64,000 nucleotides of DNA from a bacterium. GTDB lineage: Bacteria > Patescibacteriota > Saccharimonadia > UBA4664. The stretch's first letter is position 1, and every line of letters starts with the position of its first letter. Shown one piece after another: positions 9,874 to 20,510 of this stretch. The stretch spans positions 456,727-520,726 of the forward strand of contig CP064960.1 in assembly GCA_016699105.1 (NCBI GenBank), read 5' to 3'. The position numbers and the translations under genes are program-made. The notes beneath the pieces were generated by a model. That model was not told where the DNA came from, made no database searches, and worked only from the letters and a program-made list of their open reading frames with translations.

Positions 9874-10719
9874 ATGAAATCACTTAAAGTTGCGGTTGCA
9901 CATATAAATATATCGAATGATATCCGCGAGAACGGAATACGTGTGCGAGAGCAAATGCGTGAAGCCGCTAATGCGGGCTGTCGACTCATACAATTTCCGG
10001 AAGGTGTAATGTCTGGGTATTGTAAACAGCAGATCAGAACCTGGGCAGATATAGGTTGGGGCTTGCTACGTGTAGAGTTTATTGCAACAGCTAAGCTTGC
10101 CCAAGATTTAGGTATTTGGGTAGTCGTTGGTAGTGCTCATCGTTTAACGGGCAAGAACTTACCCCACAATAGCCTATATGTCATATCTGATCGGGGTACG
10201 ATAGTAAACCGTTACGATAAACGGTTTATATCGCATGGTGAATTGCAGGGTTGGTATACTCCCGGTAAAGATCCGGTAATTTTTGAAGTTGATGGCATCA
10301 AAGTTGGCTTAGCATTATGCTTAGAAGTTCAATTTCCGGAGATATTTGACGAATATCGCAGGCGAAATGTAGATTGCGTTCTACTATCTGCCTATGCTGG
10401 CGAGTCAAGCCAGTATGATTTATTGGTTAGAGCACATGCTGAAATAAACAACATATGGATTGGCTTTAGTACTCCAGTGAATAAGATCGAAAATGACAAG
10501 CCGTTGCCAAGCAGCTTGATCGGTCCAGACGGAACAGTACTATCGATTACTGGACTAGACGGTGAAGGATTGGCATTAGGAATTGTCGCTCCAGGAGATC
10601 CAACTTGGGACATTGCTATTAATAAAGCAAAACCCTGGCGCGAGCTGGCGCGAAAGGGTGAGATTTATCATAAAAAATTTGTCCAAGATGTACGAAGCGA
10701 CGATAAGACACTCTTCTAA
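9874..10719 (+). CDS. Carbon-nitrogen hydrolase (nitrilase superfamily)
   Basis: Starts MKSLKVAVAH, with LIQFPEG and ALCLEVQFPE motifs of the CN-hydrolase E-K-C triad region. The upstream in-frame extension to 9784 looks non-coding. Confidence 0.75.
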   Translation: MKSLKVAVAHINISNDIRENGIRVREQMREAANAGCRLIQFPEGVMSGYCKQQIRTWADIGWGLLRVEFIATAKLAQDLGIWVVVGSAHRLTGKNLPHNSLYVISDRGTIVNRYDKRFISHGELQGWYTPGKDPVIFEVDGIKVGLALCLEVQFPEIFDEYRRRNVDCVLLSAYAGESSQYDLLVRAHAEINNIWIGFSTPVNKIENDKPLPSSLIGPDGTVLSITGLDGEGLALGIVAPGDPTWDIAINKAKPWRELARKGEIYHKKFVQDVRSDDKTLF

Positions 10720-10746
10720 TTGGTAGGAATTAATTGGTGTATAATA

Positions 10747-11116
10747 GCTGTTGCCAGATCAGAAGATAATCGCGCTTGGCCGCAAGGCTTGAGTGAGGAA
10801 AGTCCGGACAGCATAGAGCAAGATGGTTGCTAACGGCAACCGCAGGTGACTGTAGGGAAAGTGTCACAGAAACGATACCGCCGACCGCAAGGTATGGTAA
10901 GGGTGAAACGAGTGGGGTAAGAGCCCACAGCTGATACAGGTGACTGTATCGGGTGGTAAACCCCATCTGCTGCAAGGCATGCCAAAACAGGTTCATCGCA
11001 AGGTGAATGAGTTGCTCGCTCGTTTTGGCGATAGACCGCCTGAGATATATGGCAACATATATCCTAGATAGATGATTATCCTTTGACAGAATCCGGCTTA
11101 CCCCTGGTCTGGCAGC
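10747..11116 (+). ncRNA. rnpB: RNase P RNA (bacterial type A)
   Basis: Conserved blocks GAGGAAAGUCCGGAC, GGUAAGGGUGAAACGAGUGGGGUAAGAGCCCACAG and ACAGAAUCCGGCUUAC. 5' GCUGUUGCCAGAUCAG pairs with 3' CCCUGGUCUGGCAGC (P1). TATAAT at 10740-10745 just upstream. Confidence 0.85.
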
Positions 11117-11141
11117 AATTATTACACTAAGATAGCCGTAT

Positions 11142-12609
11142 ATGCGTAAACGCAGTGAGTTCTTCTTCAGTATTATCCAGGTGCCAATCGACTTCTTGGC
11201 ATTGATGGCCGCGTTTGTATTGGCTTATATCATCCGGGTGAAACTGGCAGACCGGCCGGTGGCGCACGCCATTCCGGCCATGGAATTCTTGCAAATAGTG
11301 CTAATTCTCGTACCGTTGTGGATATTAATATTTGCGGTCTCAGGGTTATATAGCCAAACAAACTTGCGGGGCCGGTGGAGTGAGCTGGGCAAAATATTTG
11401 TGGCAGTATCTGGCGGTGTGATGATGACTATATTGCTGGATTTTTGCAGCCAATTTCATTTTTCCCGTCAAAGTCAGTACCGATCTATGCATACGGTTTA
11501 GGGCTCCTGTTCGTCATAATCGGACGATATTTAGTACTGGCATTACAGCACTATTTGTTTAATTTTGGCATAGGCGTTCAAAATGCGTTATTGGTAGGAA
11601 GTGGTGACGCAGCGCAGCAGTTATATAAATATTTGGGTGCCAAGCGCAGCGGATTTGGATACTGGGATGTGTTGATAAAGCTAAGGGTGCCGCCAAAAGA
11701 ATGCCGGGATTACCAGTTTATGAGAGTTTTGCCGAAGCGTTGCGGGCAACTGGCACTGAGAGCAACCGGCGGCAACTCGATCAAATTATTCAGGCTGACT
11801 CAGCCTTTGACGCAGAAGCTGTGTTGGAGATGGTGAGTTATGCTTCTAATAATCATATTACGTATAGGGTTGTGCCAAACCAGTTTGGTTTATATGCAGC
11901 GCGTTCGGTAGTTGGTACTTTGGGTGGTGTCACCATGGTAGAAATGCGTCTGACACCACTCGAAGGATGGGGGAGAGTAGCTAAACGAGCGTTTGACGTG
12001 TTGGGAGCAATGGTGGGAATGATTATTTTGGTGCCAGTGTTTTTGCTGGTGGCTTTGGCTATCAAGATCAAAGATCCGAGTGGACCGTTGATTTTCCGGC
12101 ACCGGCGATTGAGTCGGGACGGTCAGCCGGTGTATATCTATAAATTCCGGACGATGCTATGGAAATATTGTGACGGACCCAATCGTCCATTTAAGTCTGC
12201 CGAAGATACTTTTCGGGCTATGGGACGGACTGATCTGGTGAAGGAATTCCAAAAGACGCAGAAAGTTGAAAATGACCCTCGAGTTAGTCGCTTTGGCCAG
12301 TTCTTACGGCGATCGAGCCTGGATGAGCTGCCTCAACTTTGGAATGTATTTATAGGTGACTTGAGCATTGTGGGACCACGCCCAATTATTGCGTCAGAAT
12401 TAGCGCATTATGGCGCCAACAAAGCGAGCTTTCTAGCGCTCAAGCCAGGAATGACTGGGTTGTGGCAAATATCTGGACGGAGTGATTTGAGCTATGACGA
12501 ACGGGTGAAACTAGATATCTATTATGTGGAGCATTGGAGCCTGTTTCTTGATCTGAGAATTCTATTCAAAACAGTGTTTGCCTTACTAGGCACTCGCGGT
12601 GCGTATTAG
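11142..12609 (+). CDS. Polyprenyl-phosphate sugar phosphotransferase (WbaP/CpsE-like 'bacterial sugar transferase'); two frameshifts (~11456-11462, ~11664-11666)
   Basis: Three consecutive same-strand ORFs: an N-terminal multi-TM region, a Rossmann-like segment (LLVGSGDAAQQLYKYL) and a C-terminal catalytic domain (DELPQLWNVFIGDLSIVGPRP). They join if one base is added in ttttt and ggg runs. Confidence 0.75.
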
Positions 12610-13808
12610 TGATGACGCCTTCAAAGTCCTTGAGTAAACGGCGCGTAGCACTGGTTCACCATTGGCTGACTTCTCCTGGTGGCGCCGAAAAAGTGTTGTA
12701 CGAGTTGCATCAGATGTACCCTGACGCACCAATTTTTACGGCGGCATTTATTCCGGAAAAATTTCCGGAATTTGCCAGAGCCGATATCCGGACGACATTT
12801 CTTGATAAAATTCCTTGGCTCAAGCGCAAACATCAACTGTTCCCATTATTTTTAGGTTTACCATTCAAAACTTTTGACATGAGCGGTTATGATTTGGTGA
12901 TATCGTCGTGTGCGGCCGAAGCTAAGTATGTGCGTACCCGTGACACGACCTTACATATCTGTTATTGCCATACTCCGGTGAGATACTATTGGAGCGATTA
13001 TGATTGGTTCATGGCTGATGAGCGCCGGATGCCATTTGGTAGACTGAATTGGTTGGCCAAGCCAGTATTCGGGCTGCTGGTGCGGGGATTACGCAAAATT
13101 GATTATGCAGCGGCTCAAGGTGTGAGCGTGTTTATTGCGAATTCACAACATATAAAACGGCGTATTTCTCGATATTATAATCGGCAATCTGTTGTAATTT
13201 ATCCACCAATTCAAACTGCCGAACTCGCACAGCTCGATAGTAAGAAGTCAGATTTTTATCTCATTGTCGGTAGGCAAGTTGCCTCGAAACGGCTCGATAT
13301 TGCTGTTGAGGCCTTCAATGAACTGGGATTACCACTCAAGGTGGCGGGAGCTGGCGAACAAATTGACCGTTGGCGCAAAGTAGCCCAACCTAATATTGAG
13401 TTCTTAGGCCGAGTATCAGATGAGGTGCGAAATCAACTCTTTCGACAGGCGCGGGCTTTTATATTCCCGCCTGAAGAAGATTTTGGAATGACACCCGTGG
13501 AAGCGTTAGCGGCGGGTACTCCAGTGATTGCCTTTGATGGAGGCGGTGCACCCGAATATGTGCACAAGGGACAAACGGGAGTCTTATTTTCGGAGCAGAC
13601 TCCGACTGCGCTCGTGAAAGCGGTGCGGCGTTTTGAGACGATGAAATTTGAGGAGGATCGACTTCGGCAAGAAGCTGGTCGGTTTTCGGCAGCGGTATTT
13701 CGAGATGATTTCCAAAACCTGGTACAGTCGGCCTGGCAGGAGTTTGAGCGCGCTGGCCGATCCGCGAAGGTTGTGAAATCATTGTATGAGTCACAACACA
13801 AAAAATAG
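12609..13808 (+). CDS. Glycosyltransferase family 4 (GT-B, 'glycosyl transferases group 1')
   Basis: 399 aa; the C-terminal half carries GT4-like residues (EEDFGMTPVEALAAGTPVIA...GG). Immediately follows the WbaP-like gene, start at its stop. Confidence 0.75.
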   Translation: MMTPSKSLSKRRVALVHHWLTSPGGAEKVLYELHQMYPDAPIFTAAFIPEKFPEFARADIRTTFLDKIPWLKRKHQLFPLFLGLPFKTFDMSGYDLVISSCAAEAKYVRTRDTTLHICYCHTPVRYYWSDYDWFMADERRMPFGRLNWLAKPVFGLLVRGLRKIDYAAAQGVSVFIANSQHIKRRISRYYNRQSVVIYPPIQTAELAQLDSKKSDFYLIVGRQVASKRLDIAVEAFNELGLPLKVAGAGEQIDRWRKVAQPNIEFLGRVSDEVRNQLFRQARAFIFPPEEDFGMTPVEALAAGTPVIAFDGGGAPEYVHKGQTGVLFSEQTPTALVKAVRRFETMKFEEDRLRQEAGRFSAAVFRDDFQNLVQSAWQEFERAGRSAKVVKSLYESQHKK

Positions 13809-13809
13809 T

Positions 13810-13840
13810 CGCCCCAGATAGAGGCGACTATTTTTTGAGA
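13810..13840. terminator. Bidirectional hairpin terminator between GT4 (+) and rplT (-)
   Basis: AAAAUAGUCGCC-CCAGAUAGA-GGCGACUAUUUUUUG: stem flanked by A-run and T-run. Confidence 0.5.
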
Positions 13841-13852
13841 CTAATCTAAATG

Positions 13853-14203
13853 TTATTTAACGGCTTTGGCCGCTTTGGCAACGGCCGCAAAGACGGTTGG
13901 CTGATTGACAGCCAGTTCAGCTAAGATTTTGCGATCGAGGCTGATGTTGGCCGTCTTCAAACTACCAATGAGCTTTGAGTATGATGTGCCAAGCTCGACT
14001 GCAGCGGCGTTGATACGGGTAATCCAAAGTGCGCGGAAGTCTTGCTTCTTATTACGGCGGTCACGGTATTGGTATGACAACGCTTTCAAGATGGCTTGGC
14101 GGGCTTGCCGGACACTTGATTGGCGGACAAGGCTATAACCCTTGGTCTGAGCTCTTAATTTGTGATGTTTGGCGTGTGTGGTAACGCCGCGTTTGACGCG
14201 CAT
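13853..14203 (-). CDS. rplT: 50S ribosomal protein L20
   Basis: MRVKRGVTTHAKHHKLRAQTKGY... canonical L20. Confidence 0.9.
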   Translation of the reverse strand: MRVKRGVTTHAKHHKLRAQTKGYSLVRQSSVRQARQAILKALSYQYRDRRNKKQDFRALWITRINAAAVELGTSYSKLIGSLKTANISLDRKILAELAVNQPTVFAAVAKAAKAVK

Positions 14204-14222
14204 GTTTTCTCCTTAGCAGGTA

Positions 14223-14423
14223 TTAGCGGTAGGTACCAAGCATTTTTTTGACATTGGCTTTGTCGCCAGCGGAAATCTCGAACTCTTTGACGTACTCACG
14301 CTTGGTAGAAGCTTGCTTGTGCGCAAGCATATGGCTCCGAAAAGCACTCCGATGGAGTAGTTTACCGGTGGCAGTGAGTTTGATTCGTTTGGCGATACCC
14401 TTGTGGGTTTTAAGCTTTGGCAT
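14223..14423 (-). CDS. rpmI: 50S ribosomal protein L35
   Basis: MPKLKTHKGIAKRIKLTATGKLLHRSAFRSH... canonical L35; infC-rpmI-rplT operon order. Confidence 0.9.
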   Translation of the reverse strand: MPKLKTHKGIAKRIKLTATGKLLHRSAFRSHMLAHKQASTKREYVKEFEISAGDKANVKKMLGTYR

Positions 14424-14946
14424 CCTTTTTGGGTCCTATAATCATATTTAAATCTCGTCCAGATAGTTGAGGAGCTTGTTCCTGGTTGCCGTATTCTTGA
14501 AGAATAGTCATGACTCGTTCTAGAATGGCTCGGCCAAGATCGGGTCTGGTAATTTCGCGTCCCCGGAAGAGGAGACTGACTTTTACCTTGTGGCCTTGGT
14601 CTAAAAATTTGATGGCCTGATTGACCTTAACAGTCAAATCATGATCACCAATTTTTAAGCCTAACCGGACTTGCTTAATCTCAACTTGCTTTTGATTCTT
14701 TTTGCTCTTAGCCAGTTGCTTGGTCTGCTCGTAACGGTATTTACCCCAGTCGAGAATTTTAACGACTGGAGGATTGGCGCTCGGGGCAATTTCTGCCAGA
14801 TCTAAATCCGCTTCGGCAGCGGCATCCAAAGCCTCACGGAGACTTACGACGCCTTGTTGTGAACCATCAGCACCTACGAGGCGGACTGTAGGGGCACTAA
14901 TTTCACGGTTCAAACGGATTTTATTTATCTGGAGTTCTCCTTGCAA
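14410..14946 (-). CDS. infC: Translation initiation factor IF-3 (probable non-ATG start)
   Basis: IF3 N- and C-domain motifs (VRLVGADGSQQGVVSLREAL..., KQVRLGLKIGDHDLTVK). The ORF begins at a TTG, with in-frame ATA/ATC just after an AAGGAG. An atypical start is expected for autoregulated infC. Confidence 0.85.
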   Translation of the reverse strand: MQGELQINKIRLNREISAPTVRLVGADGSQQGVVSLREALDAAAEADLDLAEIAPSANPPVVKILDWGKYRYEQTKQLAKSKKNQKQVEIKQVRLGLKIGDHDLTVKVNQAIKFLDQGHKVKVSLLFRGREITRPDLGRAILERVMTILQEYGNQEQAPQLSGRDLNMIIGPKKDAKA

Positions 14947-14982
14947 AGCTCCTGCGTACTATATCAGTTTGAGCGCTTGTGG

Positions 14983-15909
14983 TCAACTAGATTGGTTTTT
15001 TGGCTGCTGAGCAGCTGAAGTGCTGACTGTGCGCTTGAAATCACCGACGATTTTTTCGGTTATAAATCTGATATTGCGATCAGTTAATCTGATGGCGATC
15101 GGTGTCCGGCCAGCTACTTTTCCGTCAACCATTATGCCGGTGGCTGGTGTCGTTGTTAGTACGACCCGCTTGGCGAACAAACGATTGGAGGCAGTGTCGT
15201 CTAAAAGGGTTAATTCTTGGCGACGAAGGCTTTGCCAGACGAGTTTGCCGGTTTTAAGTCGGCGACGTGGTTTTTCGGAGAATGCGACCAGGAGTTGATT
15301 GTCTGCCAGGGGATTTAAAAATTTTTGATTGGCGATAGCTAACGAAAAGACATCACATTCGATTGTGTAGCTATCATCTATTTCAATGACTGCATGAAGC
15401 CGAGGGAAGCGGCGGGCATGGCCAAAACTGGAGGTAAATTGTTTGAGCCTGCCCGTTAATTTACTATCTGGTGCATCAATTCTCTTGTCGAGATCGGTTT
15501 CAAAGCCAAGGGTCAGCGTTGAGAGAAAATATTGTTGTCCGGCCGCAATCAGGGAATATGAAGTCAGACGGCGGGCAGCCAAAGCGTCGCAGGCTTGCTG
15601 CCAGGTAATAATGCCCAGTTGTCGTGAAAGCCGGTTACGTAAACCTAAGGGTATGACACCAACAGCAATATGGTCAGATGTACCAATGCCGTTGATGACT
15701 TCGTTGAGCGTATCATCGCCGCCAATAGCTACTATGGTGGTGGCACCAGCCTGTACAGCAGCTTCGGTAAGGCGGGTTGCCTCGCCCGGACCCGTAGTTT
15801 TCGACCATTGGCCACTGATGCCGAGCGTGTCCAGGCGCTGTTTGAGCTTGTCTTGTAAGCCCTTAATCTGCCCGTGCCCCGCAGCCGGGTTAACTATGTA
15901 GTAATACAT
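14983..15909 (-). CDS. Diacylglycerol/lipid kinase (DAGK_cat, YegS-like)
   Basis: MYYYIVNPAAGHGQ...TIVAIGGDDTLNEVINGI catalytic-domain motifs. Confidence 0.7.
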   Translation of the reverse strand: MYYYIVNPAAGHGQIKGLQDKLKQRLDTLGISGQWSKTTGPGEATRLTEAAVQAGATTIVAIGGDDTLNEVINGIGTSDHIAVGVIPLGLRNRLSRQLGIITWQQACDALAARRLTSYSLIAAGQQYFLSTLTLGFETDLDKRIDAPDSKLTGRLKQFTSSFGHARRFPRLHAVIEIDDSYTIECDVFSLAIANQKFLNPLADNQLLVAFSEKPRRRLKTGKLVWQSLRRQELTLLDDTASNRLFAKRVVLTTTPATGIMVDGKVAGRTPIAIRLTDRNIRFITEKIVGDFKRTVSTSAAQQPKNQSS

Positions 15910-15920
15910 ACAACAAATAC

Positions 15921-16298
15921 CTAATGAGTTGTCGGACTGCTAGCCGGTTGAGATTGGCTACTTTGACCAACAAAAATGCCACCTGAATCGATAGCCAAGG
16001 AGGCAGCTACAATATCACCGTGCACATTACCAGTTGATAAGACACTGGCTTCACCACTGGCTGTGATGTTGCCACGAACCTGGCCGGCAACTACGACATT
16101 GAAACCTTTTAGATTGCCTTTGACTTGGGCATTAACTCCAACAGACACGTTGCCTTGTGAAGTGATGTCGCCTTCCATATGACCGTCAAAGCTAATATCG
16201 GAATCGGTCATAATGTGGCCCTTAACATGGACATCAGAGCCAATAATAGTATCGGATCCGGCGACGCTTAAAGCATCAGATAAATTACGTTTACTCAT
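15921..16298 (-). CDS. Bactofilin (DUF583) cytoskeletal protein
   Basis: 125 aa from MSKRNLSD. Repetitive beta-helical segments (GSDVHVKGHI..., GNVSVGVNAQVKGNL..., GNVHGDIVA) with a Ser/Pro tail. Confidence 0.7.
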   Translation of the reverse strand: MSKRNLSDALSVAGSDTIIGSDVHVKGHIMTDSDISFDGHMEGDITSQGNVSVGVNAQVKGNLKGFNVVVAGQVRGNITASGEASVLSTGNVHGDIVAASLAIDSGGIFVGQSSQSQPASSPTTH

Positions 16299-16791
16299 GG
16301 GACCTTCCTTCCGTGGTAGTTGTGTCAGATGGGGGAGTGCGCTTAATGGCTTGGGAGATAGCTTGGCGTTCTTCATCCGAGAGGCCATAGCGGCTTTTGG
16401 CGAAGTCTATTGGTTTGACGTATACGCGCGTGCCTTGACGACCATGGATACTTGAAAGTACATAACCCGAGTCATGAGCGTCCAGTACTGCTAAGGCAAA
16501 GCTTTGATCGCCACCAGTATCGCCAAATGGGTTAAATCGGACGACAGATATCTTCTGTGAAGCCACACTGGCGGTAATAGTGAGGTTGGTATAGAGCTTT
16601 TCCAGCTCGCCTAACCGTTGATCGACTTGGGTGATTTGTTGATTGTGCCCGGTTAAGAGTGATTCCAGGTCGGTGTCGGGTCCGAAATTGAGCGCCCGGT
16701 TAAGACGTTGATGCAATTTGTAGGCATACACAGCCACGCCAATGCTGCTGGCAAGTGATAGGGCTACCAAGGTATACAATACCGGATTCAC
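16291..16791 (-). CDS. Membrane-anchored hypothetical protein (DUF4446-like)
   Basis: N-terminal TM helix, coiled-coil segment, 166 aa; overlaps the bactofilin start by 8 nt. Confidence 0.45.
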   Translation of the reverse strand: MNPVLYTLVALSLASSIGVAVYAYKLHQRLNRALNFGPDTDLESLLTGHNQQITQVDQRLGELEKLYTNLTITASVASQKISVVRFNPFGDTGGDQSFALAVLDAHDSGYVLSSIHGRQGTRVYVKPIDFAKSRYGLSDEERQAISQAIKRTPPSDTTTTEGRSHE

Positions 16792-16882
16792 GTGTGGTCC
16801 TTTACCTCATTGCTAATGTATCTATAGTATACGGTCTGACGCAAGATATCGTAAACTGCTCGACCAAATACACTACACCTAT

Positions 16883-17200
16883 GTGATACCATGGGATTTG
16901 AGAGGAGAATTTATTGTTATGGCATCCAAGAAAAAGTCTGGCCAAAAGAAGCATCGCTTCAAGACTGCAAACATTAGTCCAGAACTGGACGTTGCTCCTG
17001 AGCGGAGACCGGTAGCTAAAGATAATTCAGCGGTAGCGGCAATCATATATGACTCGAGCGACTTCGCCTATGTGAAGGGTGATGTTGTCAGGGTGGCACT
17101 ACTCGCAGCCCTGTTGGCAGTTATGCAGTTAGGTTTGTGGTACGCCTTCGGGAACACGGCTTTGGGTGATTTGATTTATGGGTTCTTTCGGCCGCAATAA
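16883..17200 (+). CDS. Hypothetical small protein (Lys-rich N-terminus, C-terminal TM)
   Basis: ORF only. The 3' end overlaps convergently with the extended comM 3' end, so one of the two may be mis-framed. Confidence 0.25.
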   Translation: MIPWDLRGEFIVMASKKKSGQKKHRFKTANISPELDVAPERRPVAKDNSAVAAIIYDSSDFAYVKGDVVRVALLAALLAVMQLGLWYAFGNTALGDLIYGFFRPQ

Positions 17201-18746
17201 CTGACCTTGTGGTTTAATCGGCTTTGAACTAAGTCGCTGTTTGGGGCGATACTGTAGAGCTTCGGTAAAGTGCTCCAACTTGATGTTGGGTTGGTTTTCG
17301 ATGTCGGCAATAGTTCGCGCTACCCGGAGAATTCTCAAGTACCCGCGAGTAGACAAAGACAATCTATCAATGGCCATAGCAGCGATTGCCGTGGTTTCGT
17401 TGTCTAATTTACAATACATTTTGATTTCTTCATTGGTCATATGGGCATTACATTTGAACTTTTGGTGGTTAAACCGGGCTTGCTGGACGTGGCGAACTCG
17501 TAATACTGAATGTGCCAGCTCGGCAGTTGAACGACCGCCTTTGGCTCCGAGCATGTCATCTTGATCTACTTTGTGAACATCGATCACCAGATCTAATCGG
17601 TCCAAGAGTGGTCCAGATAATTTTTGTTGATAGGTTGATACGGTACCAAGTTTACAAGTACAGGTGTGGGTAGATTCGCCGTAGTATCCGCAGGGACAGG
17701 GATTGGCGGTGGCAACGAGCATAAATCGAGCCGGAAAAACCAGCGTGCCGGCGGCGCGGGCAATTGTGATGCGACCTTCTTCGAGCGGTTGTCTGAGTAC
17801 TTCCAAGACTGGGCGGGGAAACTCGAGGATTTCATCAAGAAATAACACCCCGCCATGACTTAAGCTAATTTCACCGGGTTTAGGTCGAGAACCGCCACCG
17901 ACAATCGCAATACTAGAGGCGGTATGATGAGGGCTTCGAAATGGCCGATGGCGAATGATTCCTGGTAATGTTCCGTCGGCGTTTGAATAGACTTTGGTGA
18001 CATCAATAATTTCTTCTTGGCTAAGTGGTGGGAGTAAGCCGATGATTGACCTGGCAAGTAAGGTTTTACCAGCTCCCGGTGGGCCGACCAACATAATATT
18101 GTGACTGCCGGCGGTGGCGATCTCGATTGCGCGTTTGGCGGTATGTTGGCCATAGATTTCGACCATGTCCTGGGAAAATACCATCCGGTTGAAGGGTCGG
18201 TTGCCAGGGTGTAACGGGGGTACAAGACAGCACTTTCTGGCCGATTAGGTGATGATAGACTTCGAGGAGATTGTGAACCCCGAAAACTTTGACTTCTTCG
18301 AGTAACGCGGCTTCGATACTGGACGAGGCGGCCGTAAAAAGCCGGCGCTTGCCGAAATCAAGAGCAGTTTGAGCGGCAACTAGGCCACCTTTGGTTGCTT
18401 TGATTTGACCACTTAGAGCTAATTCGCCCATAAATACACAATCTTCTAATGGTACGTCTGGCAATTGACCACTGGCCGAGAGAATGGCGACCGCCATACC
18501 CAGATCATAGCCAGAACCATCTTTGGGTAGGTCGGCTGGTGCTAGGTTGAGGGTGATTCGTTTGGGAGGTAATGAAAAGCCACTGTTTTTGATGGCACTC
18601 CGCAATCGCTCTTTGGCTTCGACGACGGCTTTGTCGCCCAGGCCGACGATGACTAAACCGGGAAGGCCGTTGGTGATGTCACATTCAATTTGGACAATTT
18701 GACCATTCACGCCAATGAGGGCTGTTGCTGAGGTGGTAGCTGTCAT
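17129..18746 (-). CDS. comM: Mg-chelatase-like AAA+ ATPase ComM/YifB; frameshift near 18216-18220
   Basis: N-terminal Lon-like/ChlI segment (18066..18746) plus a sigma-54-interacting AAA domain (LVGPPGAGKT...ANPCPCG). Split at ggggg 18216-18220. An unusually long C-terminal tail may hide another frame error. Confidence 0.8.
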
Positions 18747-18864
18747 GAATTTCTCCTAATGACGCGATAATACCGAACGTATACCGAATATGCAACCGTA
18801 AGTACATTCATATTTTGTTGTTATTTATTATTGACTTCGTTCATAGATGCGCTAGTATGAGGGC

Positions 18865-19650
18865 ATGCAAGAGCAAGAAATCATTTCAGCGATCGAAGAA
18901 CTGGGCCTCAGTAATAAAGAAGCCCGTGTCTACGTAGCGGCGTTGTCTGCCGGGGCTTCGTCAGTACAACGGTTGGCCGACCAATCAGGTATCAAACGGG
19001 TGACAGTTTACGTCATTTTGGAATCATTGATGGGTATGGGGTTGATGAGCCAGACGAGTAAAGGCAAGAAAACCTATTTTGTGGCCGAAGATCCGGCGAA
19101 TTTACATCGGTTAGTCGATAAACGTCAGCAAGAGGTGAGTGCTCAACAGCAGGGTCTTGATGCCTTGATCCCTAAACTATCACAATTGTTAGTTCCAGAG
19201 TCCGACCAAACTACCGTCAGACTGTATGACACAGCTGATGGTATTCAGTCGGTCATGCGGACGTTTATCAAAGAAGCGCTGCGCGATAAACAGACGTCAG
19301 TAGTAGGATTTAGTAATCTCGATCAACTGTATTCATACTTCCCGGAGTTTCGAGTGTCACATGCCAATCCTGAACGAACGCGAGCCGGTATTAAGAGTCG
19401 ATTTTTGTATACTTCAAGTCAAGGAGCGGTTATGGCTCAATTTGATCAGCAAACTCGGCGGGTCTCTCGGTGGATTCCAGTCGACAAGTGGCCAGTGCAG
19501 GGAGATTTCACCGTGGCAGGTGACTCTATCATGATGTTGTCATTTGCTGGTAGTCACCCTACCGGCATATCAATCAAAAGCCCCGAGTTGGCTCAGGGCT
19601 TGAGAGTAATGTTTGATCTGGCTTGGCAGGCATCCGAGCAGTATAACTAA
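18865..19650 (+). CDS. TrmB-family-like HTH transcriptional regulator
   Basis: N-terminal wHTH (LGLSNKEARVYVAALSAGASSVQRLADQSGIKRVTVYVILESL) plus a C-terminal sensor-like domain. Confidence 0.55.
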   Translation: MQEQEIISAIEELGLSNKEARVYVAALSAGASSVQRLADQSGIKRVTVYVILESLMGMGLMSQTSKGKKTYFVAEDPANLHRLVDKRQQEVSAQQQGLDALIPKLSQLLVPESDQTTVRLYDTADGIQSVMRTFIKEALRDKQTSVVGFSNLDQLYSYFPEFRVSHANPERTRAGIKSRFLYTSSQGAVMAQFDQQTRRVSRWIPVDKWPVQGDFTVAGDSIMMLSFAGSHPTGISIKSPELAQGLRVMFDLAWQASEQYN

Positions 19651-19904
19651 CCCTGCTTAGATGGTGCGTCAGCTGGTTGACTGGCTTCGGCTTGGTCTTC
19701 GGCGGTAGTCAATAAGCTATCGTCAGTATAGATGTGCTCACCGAATTCGTCGAAGCCATAGTACTCATCGTACAGGCTGGTGTCATCACTAAACCCAGCC
19801 AACGGGTCATCGTCTTCGATATAGTCTTCGTAAATCATGGCCTTTGTGCAAACTCCACTTATGAACCTATCGTATAGGTGATTAGGGGTGCGGACATTAT
19901 ACAA
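19647..19904 (-). CDS. Small acidic hypothetical protein
   Basis: ORF rich in D/E/Y; no motif. Weak call. Confidence 0.3.
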   Translation of the reverse strand: MYNVRTPNHLYDRFISGVCTKAMIYEDYIEDDDPLAGFSDDTSLYDEYYGFDEFGEHIYTDDSLLTTAEDQAEASQPADAPSKQG

Positions 19905-20043
19905 GCTTCCAAATTCGGAGGCTGATAGGGTGGGATTCTTAGGAAGTGTTGATATATATGCAACGATTCTTATGCTTAAACTTGAAAATTATCTCATATA
20001 TCAGGTATAATGCTTGGGTGCGAGGGGCTGATCAGCTTCGACG

Positions 20044-20403
20044 TTCGGACATTCACACGCATATGGTGCAGACCGGAGGCAAACGTTAGCTTCCAAGTTG
20101 CAAATCAAATCGCAACGCTTTTTCGCGGGTGATGGACGCTTTCCGCGCTCCTTCATTCGCACCCGCTTTTGCCTAATAAGCATTAGCCATCACGACCTGA
20201 CGCCAGATGGGGGTTCCGTGGTGTCACTTTATCTGGTTGCTCTAGCTGGCGTGCCGACACCAGTTAGCTAAGATTTTCGGCTGCTCGCTTGTGGGGTTTT
20301 GTCCATTCACACCCGCTGCGCTAAGACCTTTAAATGGACTATGTCTGTAGTGCCTATGCCTGTGACCGGGCGGACCGGGGTGCAATTCCCCGCAGCTCCA
20401 CCA
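20044..20403 (+). ncRNA. ssrA: tmRNA (SsrA)
   Basis: 5' GGGGCUGAUCAGCUUCGAC and 3' GACCGGGGUGCAAUUCCCCGCAGCUCCACCA (T-arm plus acceptor with encoded CCA). Internal tag reading frame ends ...APSFAPAFA followed by TAA TAA at 20174-20179. TATAAT at 20025-20030. Confidence 0.85.
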
Positions 20404-20510
20404 AAAGTGCCTCAAGTAATGCTTGGGGCTTTTTGATAGTACGGAATACTTTATGCGCAATTAATAATGTATAAAAATGCGATAATGTTCATGAATCATT
20501 AAAGGGTACT

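Noticed and set aside
10730-10996. 88-aa minus-strand ORF
   Set aside because: Inside the RNase P RNA gene.
20001-20460. Two minus-strand ORFs (60 and 72 aa)
   Set aside because: Lie entirely within or across the tmRNA gene.
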